Part shown: in pieces, positions 29,518-38,629 of the stretch
Layout: each line of letters opens with the position of its first letter
Position numbering within the stretch: the stretch's first letter is position 1
NCBI GenBank assembly: GCA_042091395.1
Contig: JBELHN010000001.1
Location: 52,634-116,633 of the forward strand
Length of the DNA: 64,000 nt
DNA from: Colwellia sp.
GTDB taxonomy: Bacteria; Pseudomonadota; Gammaproteobacteria; Enterobacterales; Alteromonadaceae
Reading direction: 5' to 3'
Position numbers and translations under genes: made by a program
Notes under the pieces: generated by a model
Database searches by the model: none
What the model was told of the DNA's origin: nothing
The model's input: the letters and a program-made list of their open reading frames with translations, nothing else

Positions 29518-30672
29518 TTAAAATATTTCGGGAATATAAATTTCGCCTCGCCAGCCTAGTTTAGCTATATTTTCTTGAATTTCTCGATAAAATGAAGATG
29601 ATATTATTAATAAAAAGTTAAAATCTTCATCTTTTGCTATTAAGTTTTTTATTATGGAAGGAGCATATTCAACGGCTTGCTCAATACCACAAAAATACTT
29701 CCCTGCTTTATCTCGATTGCCATCAACTAAGTAATCTGGTTTTACATTGGCACTCGACATTAAGGATATACCGCAACTTCCAGCTCCCCACAAAATTATT
29801 TTTTTATCCTTTGCCATTTTGCTGATATCTGCCCAAACTGCTTGGTTTTTAAGTTGCAACCCTGCAATGTTTTCAGGTTTTTTAATTTGATTGGTCGAAA
29901 AATTTGATTTTGTGAATGAAGTAATAAGATTACCGGAGCTAGTTACAGTACTTGCTGCCTTAAACCAGCCAAATTGATTGGCCAAATGAATTAAAGAAAA
30001 TTCTGAAAAAACATGTATGTGTTCTATATGAAAAGCGATTGTTGAGTTATTGGTTATTGCCCAATCTAAACTAGGGGTTTCTATTATAAGGTGGGTCTTG
30101 TCATGGCTAACTGCATTTGTTGCTTGAAAAAAATCTTCAAAATTAAATATATGCTCAATAACGTGGCGAGAATAAATAAGGTCATAAGTGTTACAGATTT
30201 TTTTCACTGTTTCTGTGGTGAAGAAGTCTGAATATATTGTTAAGCCTTTTGCTTTTGCTGCTTGTGTCGACTCAATACTGGGTTCAAAACCTTCCGCACA
30301 ACTTATCGCTAATTCATCTTTTAATGTCGCTAACATTTCACCACTTGATGAGCCTACCTCAAGTACTGACGAGATTGATGTTTTATTCAGGTTGTTTTGT
30401 TTTAGAAAGTACAGAAAGTCATCTCTAAAGGTCGTGCCTAGGTTACTTGGTGGTGGAGTATAATAATGATGTGAATATATTTTCTCTAATAAATCTCGGT
30501 GGTCTCCTATTTGGTAGACATGGGAGCAATCATCGCATTGCTGATAATATAAGCTAACAGCATAAGGTGCAGGAATTACACTTGGATCAGTCACTGGGTG
30601 CTGATAAATAGGACTATTTTCTATTGTAATGCAGGGGCGAGCATTTGTTGAGTGACAAACCGGGCAATTCAT
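29518..30672 (-). CDS. Zn-ribbon SAM-dependent methyltransferase (sugar C-methyltransferase-like architecture) with an extra C-terminal Rossmann-like segment
   Basis: N-terminal Cys pairs CPVC...CDDC. SAM motif I is VLEVGSSSGEM. A middle block resembles C-methyltransferases. The C-terminal ~100 aa contain ILWGAGSCG. Confidence 0.7.
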   Translation of the reverse strand: MNCPVCHSTNARPCITIENSPIYQHPVTDPSVIPAPYAVSLYYQQCDDCSHVYQIGDHRDLLEKIYSHHYYTPPPSNLGTTFRDDFLYFLKQNNLNKTSISSVLEVGSSSGEMLATLKDELAISCAEGFEPSIESTQAAKAKGLTIYSDFFTTETVKKICNTYDLIYSRHVIEHIFNFEDFFQATNAVSHDKTHLIIETPSLDWAITNNSTIAFHIEHIHVFSEFSLIHLANQFGWFKAASTVTSSGNLITSFTKSNFSTNQIKKPENIAGLQLKNQAVWADISKMAKDKKIILWGAGSCGISLMSSANVKPDYLVDGNRDKAGKYFCGIEQAVEYAPSIIKNLIAKDEDFNFLLIISSSFYREIQENIAKLGWRGEIYIPEIF

Positions 30673-30698
30673 AATTAACCTTTTTATTATCTACGAGT

Positions 30699-31373
30699 CT
30701 ATTTTAATTCACGAATGAGCATAAAAGCTTCAGCATAATTTACGCCAACACTTGTGCCTCTTACAGTAGCTAACGCTAATATTGCTTCTATTGAACGAGT
30801 ATGAGGGTAAGGTCTCATTTCTGCTGAGTACATTGCTAATAGAGCTTTTTTATCATCAAGGTGCTCGGTAATGTTAATAAAGCTTGTTGGCGTAAATTGG
30901 TTGGCATTGCTTTTTATTGCCCACTCAGTACTTGAATTCACTTCAAAGCTATAGATGTTGGCAACCTTGTTTGTTGGTTGCGGCCTGTTTGCCGTTATAA
31001 CCGCTCGGTGTACTATTTGGTGATCGATATTTAAGTCGCCTACATGATGGGTATATATAATATCAGGTGCAATAGCCGTCAAAAGGGACTCAATAGATTG
31101 CACAATATCGATTAATGGCACTTCATCCATCTTATTATCAGGGTAGTTTAAGAAATATTGTTTGGCATTTAAATGGGCACCAACTTCATTTGCCATGTCA
31201 TTTCTGCAACTAGCATCATTAACTTCGGCATCTACTCTTGCTGATACACCATCGGTCATGTAAATAATATGGATGTTATCATTAGCGGCTTTATGTTTTG
31301 CTAATGTGCCACCACAGCCGATGACTTCATCGTCAGGGTGAGCAACAATAGCTAGAATGGTTTTATTCATCAA
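30699..31373 (-). CDS. PIG-L/LmbE-family N-deacetylase
   Basis: Signature AIVAHPDDEVIGCGGT plus downstream His/Asp motifs. Confidence 0.8.
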   Translation of the reverse strand: MMNKTILAIVAHPDDEVIGCGGTLAKHKAANDNIHIIYMTDGVSARVDAEVNDASCRNDMANEVGAHLNAKQYFLNYPDNKMDEVPLIDIVQSIESLLTAIAPDIIYTHHVGDLNIDHQIVHRAVITANRPQPTNKVANIYSFEVNSSTEWAIKSNANQFTPTSFINITEHLDDKKALLAMYSAEMRPYPHTRSIEAILALATVRGTSVGVNYAEAFMLIRELK

Positions 31374-32397
31374 TAAGCTCCCATGTTAATGCTGTGCCAA
31401 AATCGATATCAGTACGCACTTTTTTACCTAATATTTCTTCGTATAAACTCGGTGATAAACCAAAACCGGGGCGGATAATACGAGTATTCTCTTCAGTTAA
31501 GGTTGTTCCGGCTTTAATGTCTTTTGTCACGTATATTGAACGACCATGGTTTTTTCCTGGTCTTTTGGTGTTATTGAAAATATTACTATCACCTTGCGCT
31601 AGCCATGTTGATTTAGCATCAGTGACCAATGAAGTTAGTTCAGTAGGGTTAAGCGAGAATTCTGCATCAGGTCCACCTAATGCTCTATCTAAGGTAAAGT
31701 GTTTTTCAATAATCGTTGCCCCTAATGTTATGGAAGCAATAGCAGGGATGTTAGTTAAACTATGATCAGATAAACCATAAAGAATACCTAGAGACGCTAG
31801 CTCTTTAATTGCAGATAAATTCATTTGTTCGAAACTTGACGGGTAAGCACTCGTACAGTGAAGAATAGCAATATCATTACAACCATACTGTTTTAAAAAG
31901 CTAATACTGCGCTTGATTTCATCAAATGTTGCAATACCGGTTGACATTATTACCGGCTTACCTGTTTTCGCTACGGCTTTAAGTAATGAGAAGTCTTGTA
32001 TTTCAAATGAAGCAATTTTATAAGCAGGGCAGTCGAGTGTTTCTAATAACTTTACTGACTCTTCATCAAATGGTGAGCTGAAGATAATAATGTTGTGCTT
32101 TTTCGCATGCTCGAATAACGCTTCAGTCCACTCTATTGGCATCGCAATTTTATTATACAGCTGATAGTAACTTTGTCCTTTCCATAGGTCATCTTGAATA
32201 ATAAACTCAGGTTTATCACAATCAATAGTTAATGAATCTGCGGTATAAGTTTGAATCTTTATCGCATCAGCTCCACACTTGGCTGCTTGCTCAATTATTT
32301 TTTTGGCGATAGAGAGATCACAGAGGTGGTTATTTGACATTTCTGCGATGATAAATGGCTTATTACCTTGAGCTATTTTAACGTTATTTATAATCAT
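31363..32397 (-). CDS. pseI: Nonulosonic acid synthase (NeuB family; pseudaminic acid synthase PseI by context)
   Basis: 344 aa with NeuB TIM-barrel motifs (IIAEMSNNH, GADAIKIQTY, KIASFE, SDHS) and a C-terminal SAF domain. Pse versus Leg/Neu specificity is inferred from neighbouring pseB/C/G/H. Confidence 0.8.
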   Translation of the reverse strand: MIINNVKIAQGNKPFIIAEMSNNHLCDLSIAKKIIEQAAKCGADAIKIQTYTADSLTIDCDKPEFIIQDDLWKGQSYYQLYNKIAMPIEWTEALFEHAKKHNIIIFSSPFDEESVKLLETLDCPAYKIASFEIQDFSLLKAVAKTGKPVIMSTGIATFDEIKRSISFLKQYGCNDIAILHCTSAYPSSFEQMNLSAIKELASLGILYGLSDHSLTNIPAIASITLGATIIEKHFTLDRALGGPDAEFSLNPTELTSLVTDAKSTWLAQGDSNIFNNTKRPGKNHGRSIYVTKDIKAGTTLTEENTRIIRPGFGLSPSLYEEILGKKVRTDIDFGTALTWELIDE

Positions 32398-33032
32398 TGA
32401 TCGACTTGGCTTATATCAAAGTGAATAAAAGGTATATTGCAATTTCTTGCAAATAAACCGTCAGTTGTCAGGTCGTCTCCCACCATAACAGGGTTAATAA
32501 ACTCGTGTTGTTTTGATAATTCATCATATGCGAAACGACTTGGCTTTAACTGTAAGCTATTTTTAGGCGAACAGATAAATGATACCGCGAATTTTTCTAC
32601 GGCTAAACATTTAAGCTTGGTACTTTGGACTGTTTCTCTTCCGTTAGTGACAACAAAGAGTTTCTTATCGGTTAAGTGTTTTTTTACTGAAGGAATTAAG
32701 CTTTTCTCTGCAGAAATATAACGTCCGTCATGTTGAGTATAACGCTCTAACATTATGGCTAATAAGTTCGCAGGTAAGTGAAATTGACTTATCGCGTCAT
32801 TAAATAGTTTTGGGTACTTATTACCTTTTAATTGTTTATGTGCTAATAAAAAACTTGCTATACCTGAGCTGCTGACAGTATTTAGCTTTTTCAAGTACAA
32901 TTCTATATCCTCAAACGCTCCGCGATCATAATCTTGCTGATAAAAAAGCGTATTATCTAAGTCAAAAATTACTTCATCATAACCTTTTAATTGTTCAAAT
33001 AGCTGATTAACTAACATATGAATTCTTGCCAA
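32394..33032 (-). CDS. HAD-superfamily hydrolase/phosphatase
   Basis: Motif I is VIFDLDNTLF. The downstream motifs VTNG and GDD are consistent with HAD motifs II-IV. Confidence 0.7.
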   Translation of the reverse strand: MARIHMLVNQLFEQLKGYDEVIFDLDNTLFYQQDYDRGAFEDIELYLKKLNTVSSSGIASFLLAHKQLKGNKYPKLFNDAISQFHLPANLLAIMLERYTQHDGRYISAEKSLIPSVKKHLTDKKLFVVTNGRETVQSTKLKCLAVEKFAVSFICSPKNSLQLKPSRFAYDELSKQHEFINPVMVGDDLTTDGLFARNCNIPFIHFDISQVDQ

Positions 33033-33913
33033 AAACGAATGAACTTTTGATTTCGGATTTCGTTAACATGAGGAATGTTAAAGGGGATTGATAGTCGCGA
33101 TTTTATTGCTAAATCAATGATGTCAAAGCCTGCTAACGTTGAGAAAATTAAACTACCAGACAAACGAGGATTAATTTCGATTAAATGAGCGATATTCTTT
33201 TTATCTAACATAATTTGAATATTGATGGGCCCCTTAAAACTAAAAACATCACAACACTTTTTCGCTAGTGCCAACACTTGCGGATTTTGCTCAACTTCTC
33301 CTATTCTCGAAACACCTGCTGTTTCTAATCTTTTTCTAGCTAGACCAAAAAGCCACTGTGAATCGTTGCCAGTTAACACATCAACTGTATATTCTACGCC
33401 TTCAATAACTCGTTGAATAACACCGTCTTGTTTGGAAAAGTAAGGTATTAAACTATTATCATCTATATAAAATATTCCCTTGCTTCCTCGACCATGGTTT
33501 GGTTTGAAAATAGCCGGTGAAGTTGTAGTTAATGGTGCAACAGGCAGGTTGTTTTTTTGGCAGTAAGTTTGAAATTTTATTTTACTGGTGCAGGTAATAA
33601 TCGAGTCTTTAGCACTCAAGAGTAGCTTGTTCGCGACACTTGGTAACAACTTGGGGTGTTGACATAACAAGCTTAATTCTTCATCAATAAAAGGTATATA
33701 AAGGTCGAATTTTTCATCTAAGTTATTTATAAAAGGAATAAAATCATCGTCACTGCATAAAGGAGATAGATAAAATTCATCACATACATGAGTTGCTAAA
33801 GCGGTGCTATGTTCATTTGCGTCTACACCAATAACATAATGCCCAAGGCTCTGAATATGTTTTATTATTTCTGTTGCGGCAGATGAACCAGCCGCACTCA
33901 TTAATATTCTCAT
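33011..33913 (-). CDS. ATP-grasp domain ligase
   Basis: 300 aa with a pre-ATP-grasp N-terminus (MRILMSAAGSS), KPNHGRGSKGI, and EINPRLSGS typical of the ATP-grasp fold. Confidence 0.75.
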   Translation of the reverse strand: MRILMSAAGSSAATEIIKHIQSLGHYVIGVDANEHSTALATHVCDEFYLSPLCSDDDFIPFINNLDEKFDLYIPFIDEELSLLCQHPKLLPSVANKLLLSAKDSIITCTSKIKFQTYCQKNNLPVAPLTTTSPAIFKPNHGRGSKGIFYIDDNSLIPYFSKQDGVIQRVIEGVEYTVDVLTGNDSQWLFGLARKRLETAGVSRIGEVEQNPQVLALAKKCCDVFSFKGPINIQIMLDKKNIAHLIEINPRLSGSLIFSTLAGFDIIDLAIKSRLSIPFNIPHVNEIRNQKFIRFWQEFIC

Positions 33914-33915
33914 TG

Positions 33916-35547
33916 TTAAGTGCTCACCTTAAAATTAGCTACCGTTAACTGATATGTAGTTGATGAAAATTGCGTGAAGCCTGCCTTAATAAAAGCTTTT
34001 TTTGATGCCGTGTTCTTTGGGTCAATGTTAGCAATATATTTTGAATTTTCATTGCGTTTTATTAAACTGTTTAAGGCTAAAACAGAAAAACCATTACCTT
34101 GGTATCTGGGCGCTATAATGAGTGAAACTTCATAACAATTAATCGTGCATTGATTGGTTATCTGCTTATCTAAACGTAACAAGCCAATATTATTGCTATA
34201 TTGATCTTGAAGTATTATCAGTGTTCTGTTTTTATCCTTTAAGCAATCTTGATACCATTGCTTATGCTCTTGCCATGATGGTGTTTCAGGATTATTGAAG
34301 TATTGACGGGTTTTTTTATTTGATTGCCAGTGGAAAGTTAATTCACAATCATCGATAGACGCTTCACGAAACTTCACATTGTTAGTGTCGGCGTAAATCT
34401 GCTTTTGGGGTGTGTTCAACGTTTCAGTCATGATAAATTGCGCTACCTTTTGTGTGCCTGTGCCATCACAAACATCAAAACAGGCGCTAACCATCTTTTT
34501 ATACTTATCAGTATTTCCCTGTAAACTTTTAATGGCGTAACTCATTGAATCTATAGTGACGTCTTGGTGCCAGCCCAAGTTTATTATTGCTCCTTTAGTC
34601 GTTAAATTATCGGCAATTAACTGCTGATTTTCTGCATTAATGGTTGTTAAACAAGGTAAACCTAACGCACACCGTTCCCATGCCGTGCCACCACAAGCAC
34701 CTATGGCAATATCTGCAGTTAACATTAACTCTGCCATGTTTTTACTGTCAACGATGAGAGTTGCCCAAGTGTTGCTTTGACAAAACTGTTTTAATGCGTT
34801 TAAGTGTTTTGATTTACTTGAGATGACGACATTAGTGGTCACCTCTATTTCCTGCTGAATTAATTTCTTAATGGCAAGCAAAGCTTTTTTCGATAAGTTT
34901 TCAGGATCGCTTCCCCCCATAGTAATGAGAATATTGCATGTGGATGAATTGTTAGCTGTCATGTAGACTTGTCGTCGTCTAGTCGCTGAAGCTTTCAAAG
35001 CGCTAAACTCATCTCTAAGTAGAATGTATTGCTGCCCAAGTAACATAGCACTATGCTCTGGTATTAACGCATTATAGTCACTGCAATTGCGAAGATAGGT
35101 TTGATCTAAAAGATAATCACAAACGTGTTGACGATTTGCTAAATCATCAATCACGAACATTTTTTGGCAATAGGGTTTAATTAACGATTGCCAGTGGTGG
35201 TCAATTGCATAATGATCGACAACAAGTAAAGAGATATCGGTTAATGTCTTAATCTGTTCGATACATCGTAAAGCATCCTCTTGATAACTAGTCCCCAACC
35301 AAGAGTTGGTGTTATCAGCTGATATAGTTTGAGACGAAGCTGGTAGCTCTATTAAATGAAAACCTGAATCAATGATTCGTTGATTTATATTACCTTTGTT
35401 GCTGCGGCAGATAAAAACAATAAATAATTTTTCTACTTGCTGGTGTGTTTTAAAAGTACGTAAAAGTGCTTGTGCCAAGGTTAAACACCTCATCACATGG
35501 CCATGTCCTATAATAGTTGAACTATCGACTCGAAAAACTATATGCAT
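33916..35547 (-). CDS. pseG: Fusion of PseG (UDP-2,4-diacetamido-2,4,6-trideoxy-L-altropyranose hydrolase) and a PseH-like GNAT acetyltransferase
   Basis: The N-terminal ~370 aa have the PseG signature (FRVDSSTIIGHGHVMRCLTLAQAL ... GACGGTAWERCALGLP). The C-terminal ~160 aa are GNAT-like (FREASIDDCELTFHWQ..., RYQGNGFSVLALNSLI). Confidence 0.75.
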   Translation of the reverse strand: MHIVFRVDSSTIIGHGHVMRCLTLAQALLRTFKTHQQVEKLFIVFICRSNKGNINQRIIDSGFHLIELPASSQTISADNTNSWLGTSYQEDALRCIEQIKTLTDISLLVVDHYAIDHHWQSLIKPYCQKMFVIDDLANRQHVCDYLLDQTYLRNCSDYNALIPEHSAMLLGQQYILLRDEFSALKASATRRRQVYMTANNSSTCNILITMGGSDPENLSKKALLAIKKLIQQEIEVTTNVVISSKSKHLNALKQFCQSNTWATLIVDSKNMAELMLTADIAIGACGGTAWERCALGLPCLTTINAENQQLIADNLTTKGAIINLGWHQDVTIDSMSYAIKSLQGNTDKYKKMVSACFDVCDGTGTQKVAQFIMTETLNTPQKQIYADTNNVKFREASIDDCELTFHWQSNKKTRQYFNNPETPSWQEHKQWYQDCLKDKNRTLIILQDQYSNNIGLLRLDKQITNQCTINCYEVSLIIAPRYQGNGFSVLALNSLIKRNENSKYIANIDPKNTASKKAFIKAGFTQFSSTTYQLTVANFKVST

Positions 35548-35560
35548 TAACTCATCTTTC

Positions 35561-36850
35561 TTAACGTACTTTAAACACGGGCTCTAATAATTGCCCTTTA
35601 AAAACATTATTAAAATCTTTGTTTTTAATGGTATTAGTTAACACCATTAAAACTTCTTGGTATACCGACAATAAATTGTCAATGTCTGAGGACTTATGGG
35701 CATAACTTAAATTATGCCCACCGCCTAATAAAATTCCACGTTTTGCCATTTCTTGTAAAAACAATGATTTTAACTCTATTGCTGTATAACCCCCTTGTTC
35801 CCCAATCATTAAAAATGACCAAGCGGGGTGGCCAGCAATGTGTAACCACGACTGCGCTTGTAAATTCTCTATTTGCTGACTTAAGCCGGAAAGTAACCTT
35901 TCACCTATGCATTTTAAGTGCTCGACAACCTGTTTTTCTTCCATAAAGGATAAAGTCGATTTCACTGCTGCTAACGAAAGAGTTTCCCCTGCGAAGGTGC
36001 CGGAAAAAAAGATATCTTCCATCAACTTCATAATATCACGTCGACCTACTACGGCTGAGATAGGGTAGCCATTTGCCATGCCTTTACCAAAAGTAGCTAA
36101 GTCAGGGGTGACATCAAATAACTTTTGCGCGCCACCTAAGCTGTATCTGAAACCAGTAATTGTTTCATCAAAAATTAATACGCTACCATTTTTCTTACAC
36201 AAAGCCTTTACTTTATGTAAAAAGTTATTTTTAGGAAAATCGGTATTCATGGGCTCCAGAATAACTGCAGCTATTTTACCTGGATGATTTGAATACAGTG
36301 CTTCTAATGAAGAAATATCATTATATTGAAAACTATGAGTGAGTTTTTTTGTCGCTTTGGGTACCCCTAAATCTCGTGTGGTAGAACCAATATACCAGTC
36401 TTGCCAACCATGGTAGCCACAAACAGCAATATGCTCACAACTTGTATAAGCCCTCGCTAAACGAATAGCAGCAGAGGTTGCATCACTACCATTTTTCCCA
36501 AAACGTACCATCTCTGCACAAGGAATGAGTTCAACTAACTTTTCAGCGACTTCCATTTCAAGCTGGTGGGGCAGCGAAAAGGTAACGCCCGATTTTATTT
36601 GCTTAATAACGGCTGCATCCACTTCAGGATTACAGTAACCAAGAGATACGGATAATAAGCCACTGACAAAATCAGTATATTGATTATCGTCAGCATCCCA
36701 TACTTGGCAGCCCTCGCCACGTTTAATAAACAATGGAGAAACATTTTTAGGGTAAGCGGTATGGCTTTTACTGAAAGTTTGGGATCCTAATGGAATAATT
36801 TTTTGCGCACGTTCAAGCCATTGGTTAGATTGTAGGTAAGATTTTTCCAT
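35561..36850 (-). CDS. Class-III PLP aminotransferase (glutamate-1-semialdehyde aminomutase-like)
   Basis: 429 aa with the motifs DETITGFR, GKNGSDATS and FGKGMANGYP (candidate PLP lysine). Confidence 0.8.
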   Translation of the reverse strand: MEKSYLQSNQWLERAQKIIPLGSQTFSKSHTAYPKNVSPLFIKRGEGCQVWDADDNQYTDFVSGLLSVSLGYCNPEVDAAVIKQIKSGVTFSLPHQLEMEVAEKLVELIPCAEMVRFGKNGSDATSAAIRLARAYTSCEHIAVCGYHGWQDWYIGSTTRDLGVPKATKKLTHSFQYNDISSLEALYSNHPGKIAAVILEPMNTDFPKNNFLHKVKALCKKNGSVLIFDETITGFRYSLGGAQKLFDVTPDLATFGKGMANGYPISAVVGRRDIMKLMEDIFFSGTFAGETLSLAAVKSTLSFMEEKQVVEHLKCIGERLLSGLSQQIENLQAQSWLHIAGHPAWSFLMIGEQGGYTAIELKSLFLQEMAKRGILLGGGHNLSYAHKSSDIDNLLSVYQEVLMVLTNTIKNKDFNNVFKGQLLEPVFKVR

Positions 36851-37641
36851 TATGTTAACCCTGTCTTTATAAACTTTTGATCTTCTCGTTCTGATTTAAT
36901 TAAACCCTCGTTACGAGCAATCTTGTTATTGAGCATAGCTAACTCAGGCTTCTTGACGATTAAAGCCAAAATATCTGCTAAATTGAATGCTGGTTTATTT
37001 GGGTAAAGTGCCTGATAAATTTTGCTGACTAGTTCAAAATCGACAGCTTCATCGACCGTCCAACGAAAGTGTGATAAATCTTCTTCGTTCGCATAGTTTG
37101 TCTGTGAGAACTGTTTAGGGTTATTACGAATAAACGGTGTAACATGTTCCCGTTCAGAAGCTTTTTCTGCCTTTTTATAAGCGGTTTTAAGGGCATTTAA
37201 ACTTAACACTTCAACATCTAACCCATCGGGGAACGTTGGAGGGCAGCAGTTTGAGCAATAATCTACCTGTTGATTCATATAATGTGTTATAACATTATCA
37301 ATGACATCTGACTCTATCAGCGGACAATCACCAGTCAGTCGAACTATATGTTTAATGTTGCCATGTTTATTATTATCTGTAGCCGCATGATAATAGCGAC
37401 CAAGTACATCATCTAATGCGCCACGGTAACAGCTTATGTTTAATTCGTTACATAGGCTGTTAATCTCATTATCTTCAACGGCATCACTTGTTGCTACTAC
37501 TAAATGGTGGGGGGTTTTCATGCGCGAAATACGTAATAACTGATGTTCAAGCATAGGCTTACCCTGTAGTAACTTTAATACCTTTCCGGGTAATCTTGAT
37601 GAAGACATTCTTGCTTGTAATATCACTAAAACTTCAATCAT
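36850..37641 (-). CDS. SpsF-type cytidylyltransferase (probable CMP-nonulosonate synthetase, PseF-equivalent)
   Basis: N-terminus ILQARMSSSRLPGKVLK is typical of SpsF-like cytidylyltransferases rather than canonical PseF/NeuA (IPARGGSKRIPRKN). Confidence 0.7.
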   Translation of the reverse strand: MIEVLVILQARMSSSRLPGKVLKLLQGKPMLEHQLLRISRMKTPHHLVVATSDAVEDNEINSLCNELNISCYRGALDDVLGRYYHAATDNNKHGNIKHIVRLTGDCPLIESDVIDNVITHYMNQQVDYCSNCCPPTFPDGLDVEVLSLNALKTAYKKAEKASEREHVTPFIRNNPKQFSQTNYANEEDLSHFRWTVDEAVDFELVSKIYQALYPNKPAFNLADILALIVKKPELAMLNNKIARNEGLIKSEREDQKFIKTGLT

Positions 37642-37712
37642 TAACTAAATCCTTGGATAGTTACTCGGTCTATAGAGTTGTTATTTCGCTATTGTTCACT
37701 AGCACTTTCGTT

Positions 37713-38627
37713 TTAACGTTCTATTTGCCAATGGCTAGGGTTGATTAATCCTATTCTTGAATCAGCAAGTGAGCAAAGTTCTTTGGCTGATACTTGTAAA
37801 AGCTTTGCTTGATGGTATGCGTTTACTATTTCTGATAGCTGTTGTGTGCTGCAAACCCCAACGACAATTTTCTCAATAATATCAATAGCATTTTTTTTAA
37901 TCTGGACAAGCGAATCTCGTGCCAATAGCACTGATAAAGCTAACGTTATTTTAGAGCAAGAGAGGTAGTTGGCTAAATCAGAAAAAGCCTTGAATTTATC
38001 TTCATAAGGCTTGAAGTAAACTTGCCGTTGACCTTCGTCCATGAGCAATAACCCTTGTAAAAATAAAGACCGAGCATGCAACCTTATTTTTTTTTGCTGA
38101 CATAAGGTAAGTATTTGCGGGGAAATGAAACGTTGATCAAATACATTGATTGGTACTTGAGCGATGTCAATATCATATGCCTGTGTAATTTGCATTAATT
38201 GCTCTGGTGAATATACCGAGACACCAATGCTTTCGACAATATGTTGCTTTTTTAAATATTTTAATTGTAAATAGAACTCTTCTTTGTAAGTATGCTCGAG
38301 TAGGTTCTCAGCTTGGTGAAATAATAATGCGGATAGTCTTTTGCACTTTAAGTCATACAAGCTTTGCTTTACAAAAGGCATAATAGAATCTTGTTGAGGT
38401 GATAAAGCAGGCACTTTACTAATAATGTTAAACTCTTTACTGGCGTTTAACTCCCCTAATATTTGCTCACTATTTCCATAGGCTCCAGCGCAATCTAAGG
38501 TATTGATATCTATAAATGCAGCTTCCGCTAAAATGTCTTTAACTTGGCTTTTATTTACCTGGCCTCTGGTATTACTTACGCCGTAATCTAAACCAAACTG
38601 TACCGTTCCTAAAGCGAGTTTCATCAC
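37713..38627 (-). CDS. Aldo-keto reductase family oxidoreductase
   Basis: N-terminus MKLALGTVQFGLDYG and overall AKR-like pattern. Two adjacent Met codons at the start. Confidence 0.8.
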   Translation of the reverse strand: MMKLALGTVQFGLDYGVSNTRGQVNKSQVKDILAEAAFIDINTLDCAGAYGNSEQILGELNASKEFNIISKVPALSPQQDSIMPFVKQSLYDLKCKRLSALLFHQAENLLEHTYKEEFYLQLKYLKKQHIVESIGVSVYSPEQLMQITQAYDIDIAQVPINVFDQRFISPQILTLCQQKKIRLHARSLFLQGLLLMDEGQRQVYFKPYEDKFKAFSDLANYLSCSKITLALSVLLARDSLVQIKKNAIDIIEKIVVGVCSTQQLSEIVNAYHQAKLLQVSAKELCSLADSRIGLINPSHWQIER

Positions 38628-38629
38628 TA

